Of a stretch of DNA of 64,000 nt, positions 26,205-39,519 are shown in pieces. The DNA is taken from assembly GCA_964016885.1 (NCBI GenBank), contig OZ024756.1, forward strand, positions 35,216,001 to 35,280,000, in the 5' to 3' direction. The notes below the pieces were generated by a model that was given only the letters and a program-made list of their open reading frames with translations, did not search any database and was not told the DNA's origin. This DNA is from Eledone cirrhosa (lineage: Eukaryota). The translations under genes were made by a program, and so were the position numbers. How positions within the stretch are numbered: position 1 is the first letter of the stretch; each line of letters starts with the position of its first letter.

Positions 26205-27788
26205 GTTATCCATGGAAATATCCACCAGATGTTATCCATGGAAGTATCCATCAGATGTTATCCATGGAAGTATCCATCAGATGTTATCCATGGAAGTATC
26301 CATCAGATGTTATCCATGGAAATATCCACCAGATGTTATCCATGGAAGTATCCACCAGATGTTATCCATGGTAGTATCCATCAGATGTTATCCATGGAAG
26401 TATCCACCAGATGCTATCCATGGTAGTATCCACCAGATGTTATCCATGGAAGTATCCACCAGATGTTATCCATGGAAGTATCCACCAGATGTTATCCATG
26501 GAAGTATCCACCAGATGTTATCCATGGTAGTATCCATCAGATGTTATCCATGGAAGTATCCACCAGATGTTATCCATGGAAGTATCCACCAGATGTTATC
26601 CATGGAAGTATCCACCAGATGTTATCCATGGTAGTATCCATCAGATGTTATCCATGGTAGTATCCATCAGATGTTATCCATGGAAGTATCCACCAGATGC
26701 TATCCATGGTAGTATCCACCAGATGTTATCCATGGAAGTATCCACCAGATGTTATCCATGGTAGTATCCACCAGATGTTATCCATGGAAGTATCCATCAG
26801 ATGTTATCCATGGAAGTATCCATCAGATGTTATCCATGGAAGTATCCACCAGATGTTATCCATGGAAGTATCCACCAGATGTTATCCATGGAAGTATCCA
26901 CCAGATGCTATCCATGGTAGTATCCATCAGATGTTATCCATGGAAGTATCCATCAGATGTTATCCATGGAAGTATCCATCAGATGTTATCCATGGAAGTA
27001 TCCACCAGATGCTATCCATGGAAGTATCCACCAGATGTTATCCATGGAAGTATCCACCAGATGCTATCCATGGTAGTATCCATCAGATGTTATCCATGGA
27101 AGTATCCACCAGATGTTATCCATGGAAGTATCCACCAGATGTTATCCATGGAAGTATCCACCAGATGTTATCCATGGTAGTATCCATCAGATGTTATCCA
27201 TGGTAGTATCCACCAGATGTTATCCATGGTAGTATCCACCAGATGTTATCCATGGTAGTATCCACCAGATGTTATCCATGGTAGTATCCACCAGATGTTA
27301 TCCATGGTAGTATCCACCAGATGCTATCCATGGTAGTATCCACCAGATGCTATCCATGGTAGTATCCACCAGATGTTATCCATGATAGTATCCACCAGAT
27401 GCTATCCATGGTAGTATCCATCAGATGTTATCCATGGTAGTATCCATCAGATGTTATCCATGGTAGTATCCACCAGATGCTATCCATGGTAGTATCCACC
27501 AGATGCTATCCATGGAAATATCCACCAGATGCTATCCATGGTAGTATCCACCAGATGTTATCCATGGTAGTATCCATCAGATGTTATCCATGGAAGTATC
27601 CACCAGATGTTATCCATGGTAGTATCCACCAGATGCTATCCATGGTAGTATCCACCAGATGTTATCCATGGTAGTATCCACCAGATGTTATCCATGGAAG
27701 TATCCACCAGATGTTATCCATGGTAGTATCCACCAGATGTTATCCATGGAAGTATCCACCAGATGCTATCCATGGAAATATCCATCAG
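26205..27788. repeat. 26-bp minisatellite (GTTATCCATGGWAGTATCCAYCAGAT), about 60 copies
   Basis: Head-to-tail units with no spacers. Confidence 0.97.
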
Positions 27789-28535
27789 CCCTAGCCACTA
27801 AATATGTCTCCAGAAGAGTTCATGTTCATTGTTTTGCTAACACGTTCCCTTGTTATCATTGACATTTTGTATTTATAAATTGGAAACTTTATTTTCCAAG
27901 TTGTAGTTGTTTGACAAGTTGTTTGACAAGTTGTAGTTGTTTGACAAGTTGTTTGACAAGTTGTAGTTGTTTGACAAGTTGTAGTTGTTTGACAAGTGAT
28001 TTGACCTGAGACACGTGTTGACACTAAAGCAGTTATGTTGTGCAAATAGACATTTCGGTTAGTTAAAACACATAAAAACTTATGTATTAATTTTTTGTTC
28101 TCTAAGTTAAGTTTTATTTTTAATCTACGAGTACACTTACCTTTTCTGAGATTCGTGTAGGAAGGGGTGTGATGTGTGATGACTGTTTTGATTCTGACCA
28201 AAGGGAGAAAGAGAGAGACTAGGTCTTCTGTATCTCCATTGAAAGTTATTTCAAGGTCTGTTCACAGAAGCAATGCAGGCCTGATGTGAGGTCTCTGAGT
28301 ATAAAAAGTTTTTCTTGGAGAGAAAAAAAATATCAGAGAAAAGTAAAGTTTTTAACAGTTATTTTTACTTTTTTTAAAATTATATATATAATCATCATCA
28401 TCATCATCGTTTAACGTCCATCTTCCGCACTTGCATGGGTTTGGACGGGAGTTTTCCCACTTGAGGCAAGATTGGTTGTCCTGCTCGTATAGGACTGTCT
28501 GGCAGGTTTTCTATGGCTGGATGCCCTTCCTAACA

Positions 28536-28580
<45 letters not shown>

Positions 28581-28938
28581 CCAGGGAGTGTAACGCGGAG
28601 TTACTGTAGGTTCACCCGGGTGAGCACTTGATGTTTAGGTTCACGTCGGTATCGAGTTGTTGAGGTAGACAGTGTAGTATAATAAAATAAAACCAGGACG
28701 GGTGGTTAATCCTTCATTACATTATTGGTTGGTGACATGTGTTTCGCTATTGATCAGCTCAAGGTTCGATCTGTATTGATCTAGTCTCACTCTGTAATCA
28801 ACTGCTCGTCAGACTGAAGAGGTCCAACGACCAGTTGATTACAGATCGAACCTTGAACTGATCAATAGCGAAACACACCTCATCAACCAATAAACATAAT
28901 GATAGGGTAACCACTCGTTCTTGTTTTATTTTATTATA
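28581..28938. mobile_element. (TA)n-embedded tail plus imperfect ~260-nt hairpin element with a degenerate hammerhead-like core
   Basis: 28678-28775 is the imperfect reverse complement of 28840-28938; minus strand reads CTGACGA GC...GC GAAACACATGTC. Confidence 0.65.
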
Positions 28939-29274
28939 TATATATATATATACACGCACACGCACACTCAAATACTCAAATATAGTTCAAGCTTAGAAGA
29001 CAAACACGGAAATACAATTACAGTCTTATTAGTTTCATCTTTGTTGGAAAATAAAATACATCACAATATACTTTATATTTTTGTTTCCTGGTTAGTTAGG
29101 TAAGTTTTTACACACACACATACACACACATACACACTCATATATATACATATATATATGTATGTATATTTAAACACACACAGACCCAATTACACAAAAT
29201 AAACTTACCTGACAAAAGTACATTGTGCGGTATTTTATTTTTTTTCTGTTAAACACTTAATTAGTTAATTGTTG

Positions 29275-29315
<41 letters not shown>

Positions 29316-30087
29316 TTTTTTATAGTTAAATGTTGGTCATAATGAAAGCTCAGTTGTGTTTACGGTTCTTTACTAACTTATTTTGATATTAAATGCAGTA
29401 TGAGATATACTACAGCTGTATAAAAGTAATATATATATATGTGTATATATATATATGTATGTATTATATGTATATATATTGCTTTATAACAGCTGTGTGT
29501 ACTATTTTGTAACATCAAATATTGTTGAATAATGTCTTTATTTGTTATAGTTAGTTAGACAGTTTGTAAGACTAAGACGGACTCTAGAGACTTAGATAGA
29601 CAGATAAATAGATAGCTAATGTTTTGTCTCTTTTCAACCCATGAGTTTTATATAGGTTGTTAGGTGACGGACGAGCAAATGGAGAGAAAGACCATCAGGT
29701 GTGTGCATGTGGGGGAGAAAGAGAGAAGAGGGGCCATAGGCTGACAATCGGGGTGATGGGGGGGGGGGGGGAGGAGAGACACAGATGAGGGGCTTTGGGT
29801 GGCAAGTGATATTTTATTATTTAATAACAAGATATGCTTTATATAATGAGTGAATTATTTAAGTGAAGGCCTTCTGCTGTCTAGCTCTCATGAGTTTCTT
29901 ACCACTGTACACACACACACACACACACACATGTGGCCATGTTTACCTGGTATTGATTACATATTAGGTACATAATTGTCAATGACCTATATCGATAGAT
30001 TGTGGTTCAACAATGAGGAAAAGTACTGTATTTTATATATAGTACTGTGTGTATAATGTTATATATAGTACTGTGTGTTATATATAG

Positions 30088-30415
30088 CAGGCATATCAAA
30101 CTTTACAAGCACATCTGTGGCCCGCACAAACGTTTTTACAGGGCGAGCATACTTTATCTTCGTAATATAGAATAAACAAAATTAGTTGTAATGTGTGGCT
30201 CTCAGACAACACATCTGTGACCCATGTGGCCCTCGGACAACACATCTGTGACCCATGTGGCCCTCGGACAACACATCTGTGGCCCATGTGGCCCTCAGAC
30301 AACACATCTGTGGCCCATGTGGCCCTCAGACAACACATCTGTGGCCCATGTGGCCCTCAGACAACACATCTGTGGCCCATGTGGCCCTCGGGAGACCCTC
30401 AGTTTGACATGCCTG
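30088..30415. mobile_element. hAT-type MITE with an internal 31-bp tandem array
   Basis: TIR CAGGCATATCAAACT / AGTTTGACATGCCTG; exact 8-bp TSD ATATATAG at 30080-30087 and 30416-30423. Confidence 0.88.
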
Positions 30416-30693
30416 ATATATAGTACAGTATATTATATAAAGTACTGTGTATTATATAAAGTACTGTGTGTATAATTTTATATATAGTACAGTGTTATAT
30501 ACAATACTGTATGTAAAATCTTGGCTGGATAAATGACATAGCCCTAGCTAAATGGTGTATAACTTCTGTCAATGACACCAGCCCGTTTTCTTTAACATAA
30601 AGGTTTGACTAGTACTTCCCAAAGTTTTCTTTCCTTTAAGGGTTAAGCTATTGGTTCCCAACTCATTCACCACAAAGGAGTCCATTTATTTAA

Positions 30694-30936
30694 CCCTTTA
30701 TTTACTATATTTCTAATGAAATACATTGCCTCTCTGTTTCAATTAGTTATGTGGGGGGAAAAAATTGGTGGAATTTAATAAAATAACTAATCTTTTCATT
30801 AGTAAGCTAATTGGAACATAAACATTTCTTAAATAAAATTTTGATGGAAAGTTTTAGTATAAGTACGAACATTTTAAAATAGACAGTTTTGTATCATAGA
30901 ACCAGGGAGGTTTCATGTGGGTTGGTATCAAAAGGG
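30694..30936. mobile_element. piggyBac-like MITE (family P2)
   Basis: TTAA|CCCTTT...AAAGGG|TTAA; related copies near 48260-48560 and 50165-50425. Confidence 0.65.
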
Positions 30937-31216
30937 TTAAATTAATTTTTCCTTAGGTTCTCAGGCTTTTGAATGGTCTGTCAACTCAATATGCTTCGGT
31001 TGAATGAAGTTTCTAGATCAGTGATTCAGGACATGTGTTGCACACCCTTACAGGTAGAAAAGTTTAATGACTCAGACCAACTCTTGTCTTATCCGACACA
31101 CACTCCAATTCAACCTATGTCAGCATGAAAAATAAATGCAACATGATGAAAATGGTTGTAAATCTAAAAGGTTATTATTAATTAAACTATTTTTTGGTAA
31201 AGTTTCTTTATATTGA

Positions 31217-31583
31217 ACTAGCAGATTTACCCGGGGTTTGAAATGCAACAAAGAATAAACAAGAAACAAACGATAATATTAGTGATTTATCTTCAAATGA
31301 ATCTGATGTTTATATTTGTCAATAAAGTTGGTTATCTCCTTTTTATAAGGATTGTCAATAAAGTTGGTTCTCCCTTACATCAATTTTGCTACCGATAATT
31401 TTGATATCGATTTTTTATTGCTCAACGTGGGTCGATTTGAAAAATGTTTGATGTGACAATCTTAGCGACCTATGCAACGTGCACAGAAAATTTGGTCAAA
31501 TTCAGTTGGTAATTGTAAAAGCCTTAAGTATGCAAAGTTGTACACAGACACACACACATCCTCACTTTTATATATATAAAGAT
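31217..31583 (+). mobile_element. Helitron/Helentron-like non-autonomous element
   Basis: ACTAGCAG..ACCCGG start, (CA)n subterminal repeat and CTTTTATATATATAAAGAT end. Confidence 0.6.
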
Positions 31584-32989
31584 ATGGTGGGCAGGAGGTA
31601 GGGGAACATAAAATATTTCGAGGTGTCATTAAATTCATTATATTTAGTATGACAGGAGTGGGGAGAACATCGCATATTTCAAGGTGTCATTATATTCTTT
31701 ATATTGGTGGGGAAATAGGCAGTATCAGTAGTGTCAGACACCATGTTTTGCTGCATAGAGTTATGGCCCTTTGCGTTCTGAGTTCAAATTCCCCTCAGGT
31801 TAACTTTGCCTTTCATCCATACGGGATCGATAAAATAAAGCACCAGTTATGCACTGGGGTAATTGCTGGCTTTGTGCCAAAAGTAGAAACAATTAAATTC
31901 TTTATATTGAGTATGGCAGAGGAGCATCAAATATTTTGAGGTGTAAAATTCTCTTTAGATTGAGTGTAGCAGGAGGGGGGAGCGATCATAAAATATTTTG
32001 TGATGTTGTGATGGGATATTGATCAGCAGTGGTTAGGCTCCACCATTCTAGACAAATTTAATCTGGTCAACACTAATCATAGACGATTGTCTGTAGCCTC
32101 ATTTTTCCTAACATGGTTAGAATTTGAAAATAGGACACAAACTGACAGTGGTAAAATGACTTACCATAACATTTTACAGAAGTCTGTGAATTTGTGTGTG
32201 TGTGTGTGTATCCCTTTAAGTATATATGTGTGTGTGTGTGTGCATGTGTAAAATATACTGCAAATACTCGTGTATAAACCAAACCAATAGATAAGTGATA
32301 CCACCATTTTACATACAACATATATTTTGAGTTGAAGTTTTGTAAATCCGAGAGATAAGTCATATACTGGTTTATCATGTCATATTTTCATTGGAGAAGA
32401 TTGAGACTTACACACGAGTATATATGGTATATATTTCAATGAATATTGAATGAATCTCTCATATGAAAGTGTTTGTGTGGTTAGTTTAAGGGTTTTAAGT
32501 TAAAGAGTCCTCATTGTCTCTTTAACTGATCGGTATGTAAAATATTTTGGTTGTTTTGCCTGATAATCCAACTTCTTCTCATTCTGAAGCTGTTAAAGAA
32601 GACAACAAACGAAACAAAAAAATCGTCATGCAACCCTTATTAACATTGTTATTGCCTTTGCCCAAGGTAAGTGATGTTAACTGTTTAAGGAGAGCCTGGT
32701 TTCAGTGGAGTATATAGGGGTTTTCATCATCATCATCATCATCATCATAAGGACTGAAGTTAAAAAGTACACACACGCACACACTCTTGCATACTTTACA
32801 TATATACATTAAAATGAATACATATACACTCAGATATACATAAATGCAACCATACATGCACACACACACGCACACACACGTAACCACACATACATATACA
32901 TATATTAGGGAAACACATATATACACACAGTACATTAAAAAAAAGTTTTAAATCCCATTTAATTAGTTTTGTTCTATTTCACACCACAT

Positions 32990-33228
32990 ATATTTCCATC
33001 TTTTATTACTCATTTGGGGCTCCATATTTATTTCCATCTTTTATTACTCATTTGGGCCTCCATATATATTTCCATCTTTTATTACTCATTGGGGCCTCTA
33101 TATATATTTTCATCTTTTATTACTCATTGGGGCCTCCATATTTATTTTCATCTTTTATTACTCATTGGGGCCTCCATATTTATTTCCATCTTTTATTACT
33201 CATTGGGTCCTCCATATATATTTCCATA
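32990..33228. repeat. ~38-bp minisatellite (ATTTCCATCTTTTATTACTCATTGGGGCCTCCATATTT)
   Basis: About 6 units. Confidence 0.92.
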
Positions 33229-34233
33229 GACTATAACGAGCCTACATCTAATTTTTATGATGAATTTTTAATATTTTAAATTTTGTTTCAAATGCCCACT
33301 CCTGCTATTTTTTTTATTTTTTTATAAAACAAATTTTTAATATCTAACAAGAGGAGCGTGTGTGGTTTGAAAACTTTTTTTCCCTTATAGCTGATAATAT
33401 TGTTGATTTTATTGATTGTATTCCCTAATCCACAGAAACCTCACTTGCTAATTATCAGCATAATAGACCAACACCCCAATGACCCACATATATCATCATC
33501 GTTTAACGTCTATCTTCCATGCTAGCATGGGTTAGACGGGCATTGTCCCACTTGAGGCAAGATTGGTCGGGTGACCGTGTCTCGCTCGTATAGGACTGTC
33601 TGGCAAGTTTTCTACGGCTGGATGCCCTTCCAAACACCAACCACATTTACAGTGTGGAACTGGGAACTTTTTACCACATTACAGCGTGGACCGTTTCTTT
33701 TTTTTTTTTTTTGTCGCGACACCTACACGATTTCGATCTCAATTCATTTTCTCATTTGTTTGGACTGGATGTTGTGGTACCAACATTTTACAGAGAGTGT
33801 TGTTGGTGGGAGGAGGGTGGAGTAGGGGTAGTGGGATGGGGTGTATATTTGGTTAAGAGGTGCCTACTGACTGTAGGTTTCGCTTTGTACATAGGCAAGG
33901 CAGGTCTTCTGTCTTACTGCATGGCGCCAAAGATCTCGGTCCAATGACGTTGTCTTATAAACATTTGATAAGGTCTGAGAACCACAGAGTAAACCTCAAT
34001 GGTCAACATATATATATTGTCATATCTTACATATAAACATTTAAGAACATTTGAGAACCACAGAGAAAACCCCAGTGGCCCACATGTATAGTATATCATG
34101 TCTTACATATAAACATTTGGTAAGGTCTGAGGCCCACAGAAAGACCTCAGTGGCCCACATTTGGGATACAGCCCACCTGTGGCCAATCTCTGCAATAGAG
34201 AACCTATTTAAATAGTATTATGTTTTTCCTGTA

Positions 34234-34419
34234 GGGGCGGTGGATTGGCAGTATCGGTAGAAGGTCGGGGACCATGCTTTCCAGCATAGTTACGGCCCTT
34301 GCCATTCTGAGTTCAAATCCTGCCGAGGTTAACTTTGCCTTTTATCCTGATGGGGTCGATAAAATAAAGTACCAGTAATACACTGGGTAATTGCTGGCCT
34401 TGTGCCAAAAGTAGAAACA
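34234..34419 (+). mobile_element. Full-length family A SINE with 17-bp TSD
   Basis: ATTA(T/C)GTTTTTCCTGTA at 34217-34233 and 34420-34436. Confidence 0.92.
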
Positions 34420-35279
34420 ATTACGTTTTTCCTGTATTAACACCTTTTAGGATAGAGACTCAATCAATTTCTATCCTCAACTGAATATCCTTGAGCAACA
34501 GAAGAATATCTTTTTATGAGTCATATATTAAAATCTACTGTCTTTGTAACATTCTAGCATGTTCTTATAGATTGACCCTGATTTGTGCTTGTTTCTGTAA
34601 CACCCATATTAAACTTCTCCACTGATACACCACCACGACCACTACCACTTTACCATCGCCAACCATAAATTCTGCTAATCCTTATCAAATATTTGTACCT
34701 CAACTTTGCTGAGATCCTGCAATTTTTCCACTGTTTGTCTCAGAATTATGCTTCTCTTTCCAATCTATATACATGCATGTATACATACATATACTTATAT
34801 ATATATGTGTGTATTTATATATATATAATTGTGTGTATGTTTGTATATGTGTTATTTGCATTTATTTTCTTCTTGCATGTTATATTGTAGATTTTGTTTT
34901 ACATAGTTATTGTATACTTTAAATAATTTCGATTTATCAAATGTAGCTAAAATAAATTAATCAATAATAAATCTTAAATTGATATTTTATATCAATATGA
35001 ACATCATCAAAATGTTCCTTACACATTGTCCTTACTCTACTCCATCACTATTTAATCCAGTTGACTGGGGTTAGAGCATTGGACTTACAATTGTGAGGTT
35101 GTGAGTTTGATTCCTGGCCTGGGCAATGCATTGTGTCCTTGAGCAAGACATATTGAGGTTAGCTTTGCCTTTCATCCTTATGAGGTCATAAAATAAAGTA
35201 CCAGTAACACACTGGGGCTGATTTAATCGACTTTTTCCTTCCCCCACAAACTTGCTGACTTTGTGCCCAAATTAGAAAC

Positions 35280-35312
<33 letters not shown>

Positions 35313-35721
35313 CAGGGTAGTGGATTGACAGTATCAGTAGAGTATTGGATAACATGCTTTACAGTATAGAGTTACAGCCTTCTAAGTTCAAATTCTGTCA
35401 AGGTTAATTTTGCCTTTCATCCTTACAGGGTTGATAAAGTACCAGTAATGTACTGGAGTCGATTTAATTGACTTTCCCCTCCCCTTCAAAGTGCTGGCCT
35501 TGTGCCTATAGTAGAAATCATTGTTATTATTATATAGTTTACCTTATAAGATGCAATGAGCTGGAATTACTCTATATTCACGTCTCATTTGTTTTATATC
35601 AATTACAAACATAACCATTCTATGTCATTTCTTTGATACAGGATTTATTAATTACATAATTATACTTGGTTTTCCTATTTCTAATGTACTCTTCTCTTTT
35701 AATATGGTTCCTCACCTTTAG

Positions 35722-35781
35722 ATTCTCCAATGGATTCAGAATTTATTGATGGCTATGATGGAAATACTATCAAAACTGTTG
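35722..35781 (+). CDS. piezo: Piezo exon (SPMDSEFIDGYDGNTIKTVG)
   Basis: Acceptor ctttag|, donor |gtaagt, phase 1 to 1. Confidence 0.82.
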
Positions 35782-35819
35782 GTAAGTACAACACATTTTC
35801 CACCTACTTCGGCTATATT

Positions 35820-36150
35820 CATCATCATCATCATAGTTTTACATCTGTTATTTCATGCTGGCATGGGTTGGATGGGTCTTTTCCAGCACAGCCTCTCTTC
35901 ATTCATTGCTGTCCTTCATCATGTCTTCTGCTTACTTCTGGGATTTGAAATCAACTTTTACAACTTCCACCTAGATCTTCCTTGGTCTCTCTCTGCTGTA
36001 GCTTCCTTCCACTGAGATTTCTTGGCACTTCTTCACCCAGTGATTATCATCCATACATATCACATGTCCATACCAGTGCAGTCTTCTCTCCTACATACTG
36101 CATCTAATTCCTCTTATACTCAGCTTGTCTTTCAGTTTCTCCATGCTTCG
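35820..36150 (-). mobile_element. Degenerate RTE LINE 3' remnant
   Basis: Reverse complement similar to 7750-8090 (RRL.WYGHV-type region). Confidence 0.7.
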
Positions 36151-36534
36151 TTGTTCAGCACTAAATAAGAAGGTACAATAACAAGCACTTCCTTAATGTT
36201 AAAACCCTTGCACACATTTATGGAATGAACAAATGAAGTTCATTTTCCAACATAGTCCCTGGAAAGAAACAGTACAGTTATTAAGAAGAGTTGAAATTAA
36301 TACATGCAAGATTTCACACACCTAGCATCACTCCTTTATAGCCAGCCAATGAACTTTTCAGCTCAACCTCATATCTATAATGATCACAATATATTACCAA
36401 TGTAATATCTATCATCATCATTGTTTTATGTCAATTTTTCCATGCTAGCATGGATTAGACATGTCTATATTTCTTTTAATATTTACATAATATCTTCTAT
36501 TTTATTCTGATATATGTATCTTCTTTTGCTGCAG

Positions 36535-36674
36535 GACGTAACATATGGTCATTGCTCAGTAAATATTGGATATTTATCTGTGCTGGAATGATGTTAACCA
36601 TTGCAATACAAGACAGAGTAGCTTATAGACTTGTCTATTTGATCTTCTTCCTCTACTTTGTTATCCTCTTCCAG
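36535..36674 (+). CDS. piezo: Piezo exon (RNIWSLLSKYWIFICAGMM...YRLVYLIFFLYFVILFQ)
   Basis: Acceptor ctgcag|, donor |gtaaac, phase 1 to 0; KYWI..C.GM motif. Confidence 0.95.
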
Positions 36675-36937
36675 GTAAACACATATTTTTCTCTTGGAAT
36701 GTCTAATGGTATGTTTAGCAGAATTCTGCCGTGGAATTTACTGTCTCATTCTTACTAATATACAACAACAATAATGGTTTTAAAACTATTTTTTTCTTGT
36801 TAAATATAAGGACCAATAAACAACTGTAAGGCAACATTCAAACATCTTTATCATCATATTTTTAACAATTATTGTTCCATTTGTATTATGGTAGTCTTTA
36901 ATTTAAACACTATTTTCTACACTTAGACAGTACTCAA

Positions 36938-37142
36938 CCCTTTAGCATTTAAACCAGCCATATCTGGCCAGAGTTCTTTCATCTCTTTCTGTTCAAATCA
37001 GCCGTAACTGGCCACACATACTGATATTAAGGTATTGTTCTCAAAATAAATATTAAAATCTCACAGATTCGATATTATCTGAGATAAATCCTTTACTGTG
37101 AAAATACAATAGTAAATATAGAGTAATGTAAAAGCTAAAGGG
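36938..37142. mobile_element. piggyBac-like MITE P1
   Basis: CCCTTTAGCATTTA..TAAAAGCTAAAGGG|TTAA. Confidence 0.8.
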
Positions 37143-37229
37143 TTAATGCAAGCTACAAAATTTGAATGCTTTTGTCTGTGATTCATTCTAATTGCCACCT
37201 TTTCTCCATGTCTGTTATTGCTTTTGTAG

Positions 37230-37378
37230 CTCTCCTATACAATATGGCGTCTCACAATGTATATTTTCTGGTGGATTATCATTATATATTCTATCGCAGT
37301 TCTCTGTATAATCTACACCTACCAATTCAGTCAGTTCCCAGATTACTGGAAAAATTCGACTGGCCTTTCACAAGAAAT
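37230..37378 (+). CDS. piezo: Piezo exon (LSYTIWRLTMYIFWWIIIIYS...IYTYQFSQFPDYWKNSTGLSQE)
   Basis: Acceptor ttgtag|, donor |gtaagt, phase 0 to 2; FWW and YTYQF..FP.YW motifs. Confidence 0.95.
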
Positions 37379-37904
37379 GTAAGTATTGTCACGCACTTTT
37401 TTCATGTTTTTAACGTGTACGTAGTAAATTAATTCCTTAATTACACTTAGTAAATTCCTTAATTACATGTAGTAAACTTGTTAAAACATGGGACAAAATA
37501 CCTTGTGGTTTTTGTTCCAGCCCTTCCCTCCCTCTCTCTGGGCTCTGAGTTCTAATACTGACAATGTTAACTTTGCCCTTCATCCTTTCAGGGCTGATAA
37601 AATAAAGTACTGGTCCAAGATGGTGGATTGGTGGAATAATTGGAGTATCAGTTCAGATGTCTTGTTATATTTGTTCTAGCTCTTTGTGTTTGTGGTCAAC
37701 TTAATCAGTTGACCAGATTAATACCACCACCTGACCTTTGGGTCACTTTAGTGGAGTTCCACTCTGTTGCAAGCATTTGAGTAAAGTTTCTGGTTTAAGG
37801 ATATCTTCCTCCTACTTTCTCACCAGTCTGGACAGTCTTGAAATGGGTTATGGACACAGCCATTCCCTCCCTCCCTCCCTCCTTTTTCTTTTTCTTCTTA
37901 AGAG

Positions 37905-38170
37905 GGTCATGGGGGGGCAGTCCTCAAACGCTCTTTCCAGGGGGTCCTGTCAGAAGCAACCAGCTCTAACTGATCCGGCTGGATCCCCAAGCATGACCAG
38001 CCAAACTCATGGATGTTATCCAACCATCTTCCTCGGAGTCTACTCCTGGGTTTCCTGCAGGTTGGTTTTGCCCATAAAATCTGTCCAGCGATTCTTTCTT
38101 GAGACATTCTAACCACATGCCCATAGTATCGAAGCTGTGATCTCTCAATTCAGAGAAGTAAGAACTCTCT
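37905..38170 (-). mobile_element. RTE-type LINE C-terminal remnant (second family)
   Basis: ORF 37907..38116: ILWAKPTCRKPRSRLRGRWLDNI...ASDRTPW resembles the RTE RGRP..RW.D...A.DR..W end. Confidence 0.65.
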
Positions 38171-38249
38171 GATTTAATATATATGCCCATCCAGGAGGGG
38201 GTGGGGGTGGGGGAGACCCAAGAATACCTGGGATAAGGTGATAAAAGCC

Positions 38250-38810
38250 GACCTTACCCAATTAAACCTCTCAAAGGCGATGACACACGACCGTGACCTC
38301 TGGCATCACGCAGTAATACAGGAGACCCGACCCCCCCCCACGGGTACAAGCCGAAGCTGAAGCATATAGACAATATGCCCTCCCACCCTCCCACTGTAAA
38401 GTGGTCATGGAGGTGCCATGGCAAAAAAGCACCAATCACTCACTGTAAAGTGGTCGTGGAGGTGCCACGGCAAAAAAGCACCCAGCACTCACTGTAAAGT
38501 GGTCGTGGAGGTGCCATGACAAAAAAGCACCAAGCACTCACTGTAAAGTGGTTGTGGAGGTGCCACGGCAAAAAAGCACCCAGCCCACACTGTAAAGTGG
38601 TCGTGGAGGTGCCACGGCAAAAACGCACCCAGCACTCACTGTAAATGAGGTTGGTGTTAGGAAGGGCATCCAGCTGTAGAAATCAAGCTAGAATCAGTTC
38701 CCGTATGAGCAAGACAAGGTCAGACGACCGGACACTGCCACAGCAGGACAACCCGTCTAACCCATGCTAACGTGGAAGAACGGACATAAAACAGTGATGA
38801 GGATGATGAT
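38250..38810 (+). mobile_element. Family C element containing a 49-bp tandem array (about 38390-38645)
   Basis: GGTGTTAGGAAGGGCATCCAGC domain and RTE-like tail; five units CACTCACTGTAAAGTGGTCGTGGAGGTGCCACGGCAAAAAAGCACCCAG. Confidence 0.8.
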
Positions 38811-38939
38811 CCAGTGTGTTTTGTTTTATATAGCTATGCAGTATGTATGCAAACAAAATGTGTGTGTGTATGTGTGTGTTTATATTTTATAAGAAAATCC
38901 TCAATCAAACAGCTATATTATGTTTTTTTCTGATTCTAG

Positions 38940-39086
38940 ATTAGCAGACCTTGGTTTACGACAGTATGATGTACAAGGACTGTTTGTAAAATTACTGACT
39001 CCGACCAGCTTCCTGATTGTCATTATTATCCAAGTTCATTATTTCCACCAACCTTTCCTGAACCTTTCATGTTTGGATAGATATGT
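38940..39086 (+). CDS. piezo: Piezo exon (LADLGLRQYDVQGLFVKLLTPTSFLIVIIIQVHYFHQPF)
   Basis: Acceptor ttctag|, donor |gtaagt, phase 2 to 2; DLGL.Q and Q.HYFH.PF motifs. Confidence 0.95.
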
Positions 39087-39119
39087 GTAAGTAACAAGAT
39101 GTTCCTTGAAACCATTCTT

Positions 39120-39416
39120 ATCTATATAAAACTGAGGATGTCTGTGTCTGTGTGTGTGAGAGAGTTTGAATCCCTAAAATCTCAAGGCTTATTATGCACA
39201 TAAAAAAATTAATTTTCTTGATCCCCTAGGGCCCGCATTAGGGGACAACCTGCATTTTTCCTGCTTCGAGGAAAATCTTAGATTATCCAGCCATCAGAGT
39301 ATTCGGTTTATTTTCTTTACATATTGTCCAGGCATGCAGTTTTTCCACGATTAGGTCTGTTGGCGGCCGCGCTCCAAAATACCTTATCCCGTGCAACGCC
39401 GAGTATCACTGCTAGT
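39120..39416 (-). mobile_element. Helitron/Helentron-like non-autonomous element
   Basis: ATCTATATAAAA..(TG)n at the left end and CAACGCCGAGTATCACTGCTAGT at the right end. Confidence 0.6.
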
Positions 39417-39519
39417 TGTACCATATTTCTGTAAATACTACTGCAAGTATCGAGTACTCTGGTGGGTTATGGTCCACCTGGTATTTTACCACACTCTATC
39501 TGATATATATATATATTAA

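Noticed and set aside
26205-27788. 26-bp repeat array as a CRISPR array
   Set aside because: Units are head-to-tail with no unique spacers, there are no cas genes, and the context is a eukaryotic intron.
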